Part shown: piece after piece, positions 60,895 through 64,000 of the stretch
How positions within the stretch are numbered: the first letter of the stretch is position 1
How the letters are laid out: each line of letters begins with the position of its first letter
From: Basidiobolus meristosporus CBS 931.73
Taxonomy: Eukaryota; Fungi; Basidiobolomycota
Assembly (NCBI GenBank): GCA_002104905.1
Contig: MCFE01000366.1
Span: 22,949-86,948 of the forward strand
Reading direction: 5' to 3'
Length of the DNA: 64,000 bases
Notes under the pieces: model-generated
What the model was told of the DNA's origin: nothing
What the model saw: only the letters and a program-made list of their open reading frames with translations
Database searches by the model: none
Made by a program: the position numbers and the translations under genes

Positions 60895-62402
60895 TCAGGC
60901 AGAGGTTGTAGCTTCTTCAGAGGCAGCATTGATAATGTGACCTGCAGAGTCCCAGAGCTCTTCAAATGGTGCATCACTTAAGTCAGCAAGGAGGGAAATG
61001 GCATGATTCTTGAGGAAGTATGCCACATCATAGGAGGGGGCTTGTCTCTTGATGGCAGCAAAGAAAGACAGAATGGCAACATGGGCTGGAGGCTTGTTGA
61101 ACAGTAGAGAGTCAGAGGATTCAGATTCTTCAGGCACTATCTTGAAGTCAGTTTTCAGCCAGTTAAGGTTCTTCTCCACAAAGGCAACAAATGGGTCAGC
61201 AATGTTTTGGTCTAGGATAACCTCCAGAATCTTCCCTTTTCTCCAGGCCAGGTTGACAATTCTTGAGAGCTGAATATTGCATGCCTTGAGTGCTTTCCTG
61301 ATGTTGGAAATGGGAGTCCAGGGAACTTGCTTCAAGTACACCACAGTCCAGGTAGAAGCTGGTGGTAGGTTTGCTGGGGGCTTGTAAGTCCTTCTGTGTT
61401 GCAATGGAGCTGCAGTAGTCAGATTGGAGTCCACATTCTCAGTAGAGGTTTTCTTGATGTGTCTTGCTGAATGGTACTGGAGCTGGATGTGCTGATAATT
61501 CTTGCTAGAACCTTGCCTGCATAAGTCTGAGGTATAGCTGAGGTGACTGTAGAGGTGTTGGCAGCTGGTGCAGGTGGAGAGGCAGAAACTGAAGCAGGAA
61601 CTGAGGTCACCTGGGAGAAGGCAGTGGAAGCAGGTTTTCTGGGAGGAACAGAGTTCACTATCCAGTTGTTCTGTAAAACACTGGAGTAGCTTTTCTGTGG
61701 AACAGGATCTTGCTCTTGAACAGGAACAGAAGCAGGAGGCTGGGGCTGAGCAGTAGTGGTAAGGCAGTGGCACTCCAAGGAAGCTTTTTGCAAGGCATCT
61801 CTGGCAGTTTTCAGGGCAGTATTGGCTTCATTCTTGAGCTTCTTGCATTGGGCATCCAGTCTCTTGTTTTCAATAGCCAGGGCAGTATTGGCAGCCTCTA
61901 AATCAGCAATTCTCTTCTCAACTGCAAGGAATCTCTGAAGAAATGCATCAGTAGAAGTGCTGGCATCTGGAAGAGCAGTGGCAGGAATAGAGTCCATTGA
62001 CAGTGGGCTTCTTGGAGGCAAGGAAAGTGGACTGGCAGATTCAGGCACAAAAGGAGATATCCTGGCAGGAGGAGAAGGAGTATCCAAGGCAGTAACAGAG
62101 GCAATTCTTGTTGGTGAAGCAGCAGCAGGGGAGGCAAGCCTGTTCAGAAACTGGGCAGGAGAGAGTGCTTGAGGAGAGGGAGTCTTCAGCTTGCCAAGCA
62201 TGTCTTCCATCAGAGTGATACCAATATTCCTGGTGCATTTGCAGAGAAAAGTAAGCTTCCTGAGTCTGCCAGCTCTTCCATTCCTTCTGATAGTTCCTTT
62301 GTTTCCACAGTTGGGGCAAGAAATCTTCTTGACAGACTTGTCAAAGCAATCAAGAACCTTCCTTTCAGGTGTAGTGGGCTCCTGTTGAGGTTTTGGTGGC
62401 AT
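60895..62402 (-). CDS. ORF1 of family C (one -1 frameshift near 61419-61520 in this copy)
   Basis: ATG at 62402; CPNC...CKC zinc-ribbon-like motif; coiled coil; Pro/Ser/Ala linker; C-terminal domain homologous to family A ORF1; TGA at 60897-60895. Confidence 0.8.
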
Positions 62403-62529
62403 ATCCAGAGTTTCAGCTTCAAATTTCAATTTTTGAGATTTTTGGGTGATTTTTGATGGGCGGGATCAAAATTAGGGTTAGGGTTGCGCGCTGTGACTGC
62501 TTTTTACGATCGCAAGGTCAGATCCTAGG

Positions 62530-62766
62530 AAAAAATAAAAATAGTTAGTAAAGGTGATTTAATGGATGGATGGATGGATTCGGAGTCAGATTCAATCAAA
62601 AAATCAAATCGTTGACTAATTTAAAGAGGAAGAAGGAAAGAAAAAATAAAAATAGTTAGTAAAGGTGATTTAATGGATGGATGGATGGATTTGGAGTCAG
62701 ATTCAATCAAAAAATCAAATCGTTGACTAATTTAAAGAGGAAAAAATAAAAATAGTTAGTAAAGGT
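62530..62766. repeat. 100-bp tandem monomers (62530-62629, 62641-62740, partial 62741-62766) containing (ATGG)4
   Basis: Unit AAAAAATAAAAATAGTTAGTAAAGGTGATTTAATGGATGGATGGATGGATT...TTTAAAGAGG is repeated almost identically. Confidence 0.9.
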
Positions 62767-62853
62767 ACTATATACGATTCTCAAGCAAGGCTTGAAGCAT
62801 GCACAAGAATGCACTGTTCTTACGTAGTGGTTATTCATAGTCAAGGGTTAGGG

Positions 62854-63784
62854 GGGAGACAGTCACCAACAGGTGAAATCTTTATTTCAGTTGAAACAAA
62901 GAAGCCAGCGCTACTGTTGTAGCTTTGATACAAGAGTGTGTAGCTGAGGGGAATTTGTAGGTAAGTTAATAAGAAGTGATGATAGTTCTTCAGTGCTCAA
63001 GACACTGTTCAGTGGGAAGGGGGGTAGCAAGAGAGGTAAGAATGACTTGTGAACAACATTAATGAGGGGAATGTGATAAGGATTGATATTCATCATAAAG
63101 GGAGTGTGCTGCTGCAGATATTGCTGCCAAAGGTCTGTCAAGTACTTCAGGTAGGCCAGCTTGGGTTTTTCTGACTGCAGAATAAATTCTGCAAACTTCT
63201 TGACTTCAGGATCTCCAAGTATAGTTCTCCAGCAGGAGCCAGGTGTTGTGTGGTGTGTTCTCTTCCAGGCCTTAATCAGTGGGTTGTTGCAGTGGTGAAG
63301 TCTGAGATATAATCTGGTTCTAAGGTAGAGAAGTCTGATCTTATAGGGCATAAACCCAAAAGCACCAAGAATAGCATGTCTGTAGGGGCATTCAGGCAAA
63401 TGAGGCACCAAGGAGGTAATGCACCATACTGCAAACTTGTCAAGCTTAGTGCAGTCTCTAGAAGTAAGAGAGAGAAGTGGTAAGCCAAATTCCAGTACAG
63501 GGAAGACAAACTGCTTGAGTAGAAGAAGGCAGCTGGGAGCTGAAGTTGTAGGAGGAGTAACAGCCAGTAGCTTGTGGAGTGCCTGTCTTGCCAGGATAAT
63601 TCTCTTCTTCAGGTGTGCTCCAGAGTCTAGTCCAGTAGGAAGGAAAGGAAAGCCAAGATATGTAGCAGAAACCTGAGCAGGTAGAGTGGAGTTCTCTAAG
63701 GTGATGGGAGAGCCCAAAGGTACTGTCTTTGCAATGGAAAGCTGGAGATTATTCTTCTGCAGATACTGGTGGATGGTCTGGGAG
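62854..63784 (-). mobile_element. Family C copy C3, 5'-truncated, capped by the terminal telomere
   Basis: Nearly identical to 58068-58998. Ends ...GGTCTGGGAG followed by (TTAGGG)n. Confidence 0.93.
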
Positions 63785-64000
63785 TTAGGGTTAGGGTTAG
63801 GGTTAGGGTTAGGGTTAGGGTTAGGGTTAGGGTTAGGGTTAGGGTTAGGGTTAGGGTTAGGGTTAGGGTTAGGGTTAGGGTTAGGGTTAGGGTTAGGGTT
63901 AGGGTTAGGGTTAGGGTTAGGGTTAGGGTTAGGGTTAGGGTTAGGGTTAGGGTTAGGGTTAGGGTTAGGGTTAGGGTTAGGGTTAGGGTTAGGGTTAGGG
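63785..64000 (+). repeat. Terminal telomeric repeat, (TTAGGG)36 within the window
   Basis: 216 bp of perfect TTAGGG running to the window end, G-rich strand 5'->3' outward. Confidence 0.99.

Larger units (their letters stand above)
58068..62843 (-). mobile_element. Family C: near full-length telomere-associated non-LTR retrotransposon (ORF1 + APE + RT), copy C2
   Basis: 3' end fused to TTAGGG; ORF1, APE and RT domains in order; candidate 5' leader 62403-62843. Whether 62472-62843 belongs to the element is uncertain. Confidence 0.9.

Noticed and set aside
58068-62843. Assignment to Penelope-like (Athena/Coprina) or RLE-type (MoTeR/Cnl1) telomeric elements
   Set aside because: The RT has standard non-LTR motifs preceded by an APE domain. 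No GIY-YIG, CCHC/PD-D nuclease or hammerhead core (CUGANGA...GAAA) was seen.

Overview
Right-hand chromosome end of a eukaryote, most likely a fungus. Spliceosomal introns, fungal-type ATG2 and POL12, and (TTAGGG)n telomeres support this; an early-diverging lineage is an inference only. The window has three compartments. (1) 1-~32.2 kb: a CpG-depleted graveyard of nested, decayed transposons (Ty1/copia, Ty3/gypsy, several CMC/EnSpm-like transposase copies, solo LTRs with TSDs). (2) ~32.2-53.7 kb: a CpG-normal gene island (twin-trihelix transcription factor, ATG2, POL12, two tandem DUF1647-like genes). (3) ~55.3-64 kb: a head-to-tail array of telomere-attached retroelements separated by short TTAGGG tracts, ending in 36 perfect TTAGGG repeats. 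The array is the main candidate novel system. It has three families, all oriented 5' end towards the telomere and all ending in the same 3' signal (RNA sense AAUAAAGAUU-UCACC-N4-GGUGA ... CCCCCCUAACCC). Family C is a LINE with ORF1, APE endonuclease and RT; ORF1 and ORF2 are in frame, separated by one UGA-CUA. Family A is an ORF1-only satellite (HeT-A-like). Family B is a ~520 bp non-coding element with a tRNA-like Pol III head, i.e. a candidate telomere-targeted SINE. All coordinates and homologies were read by eye and no database searches were run, so boundaries of old relics are approximate.
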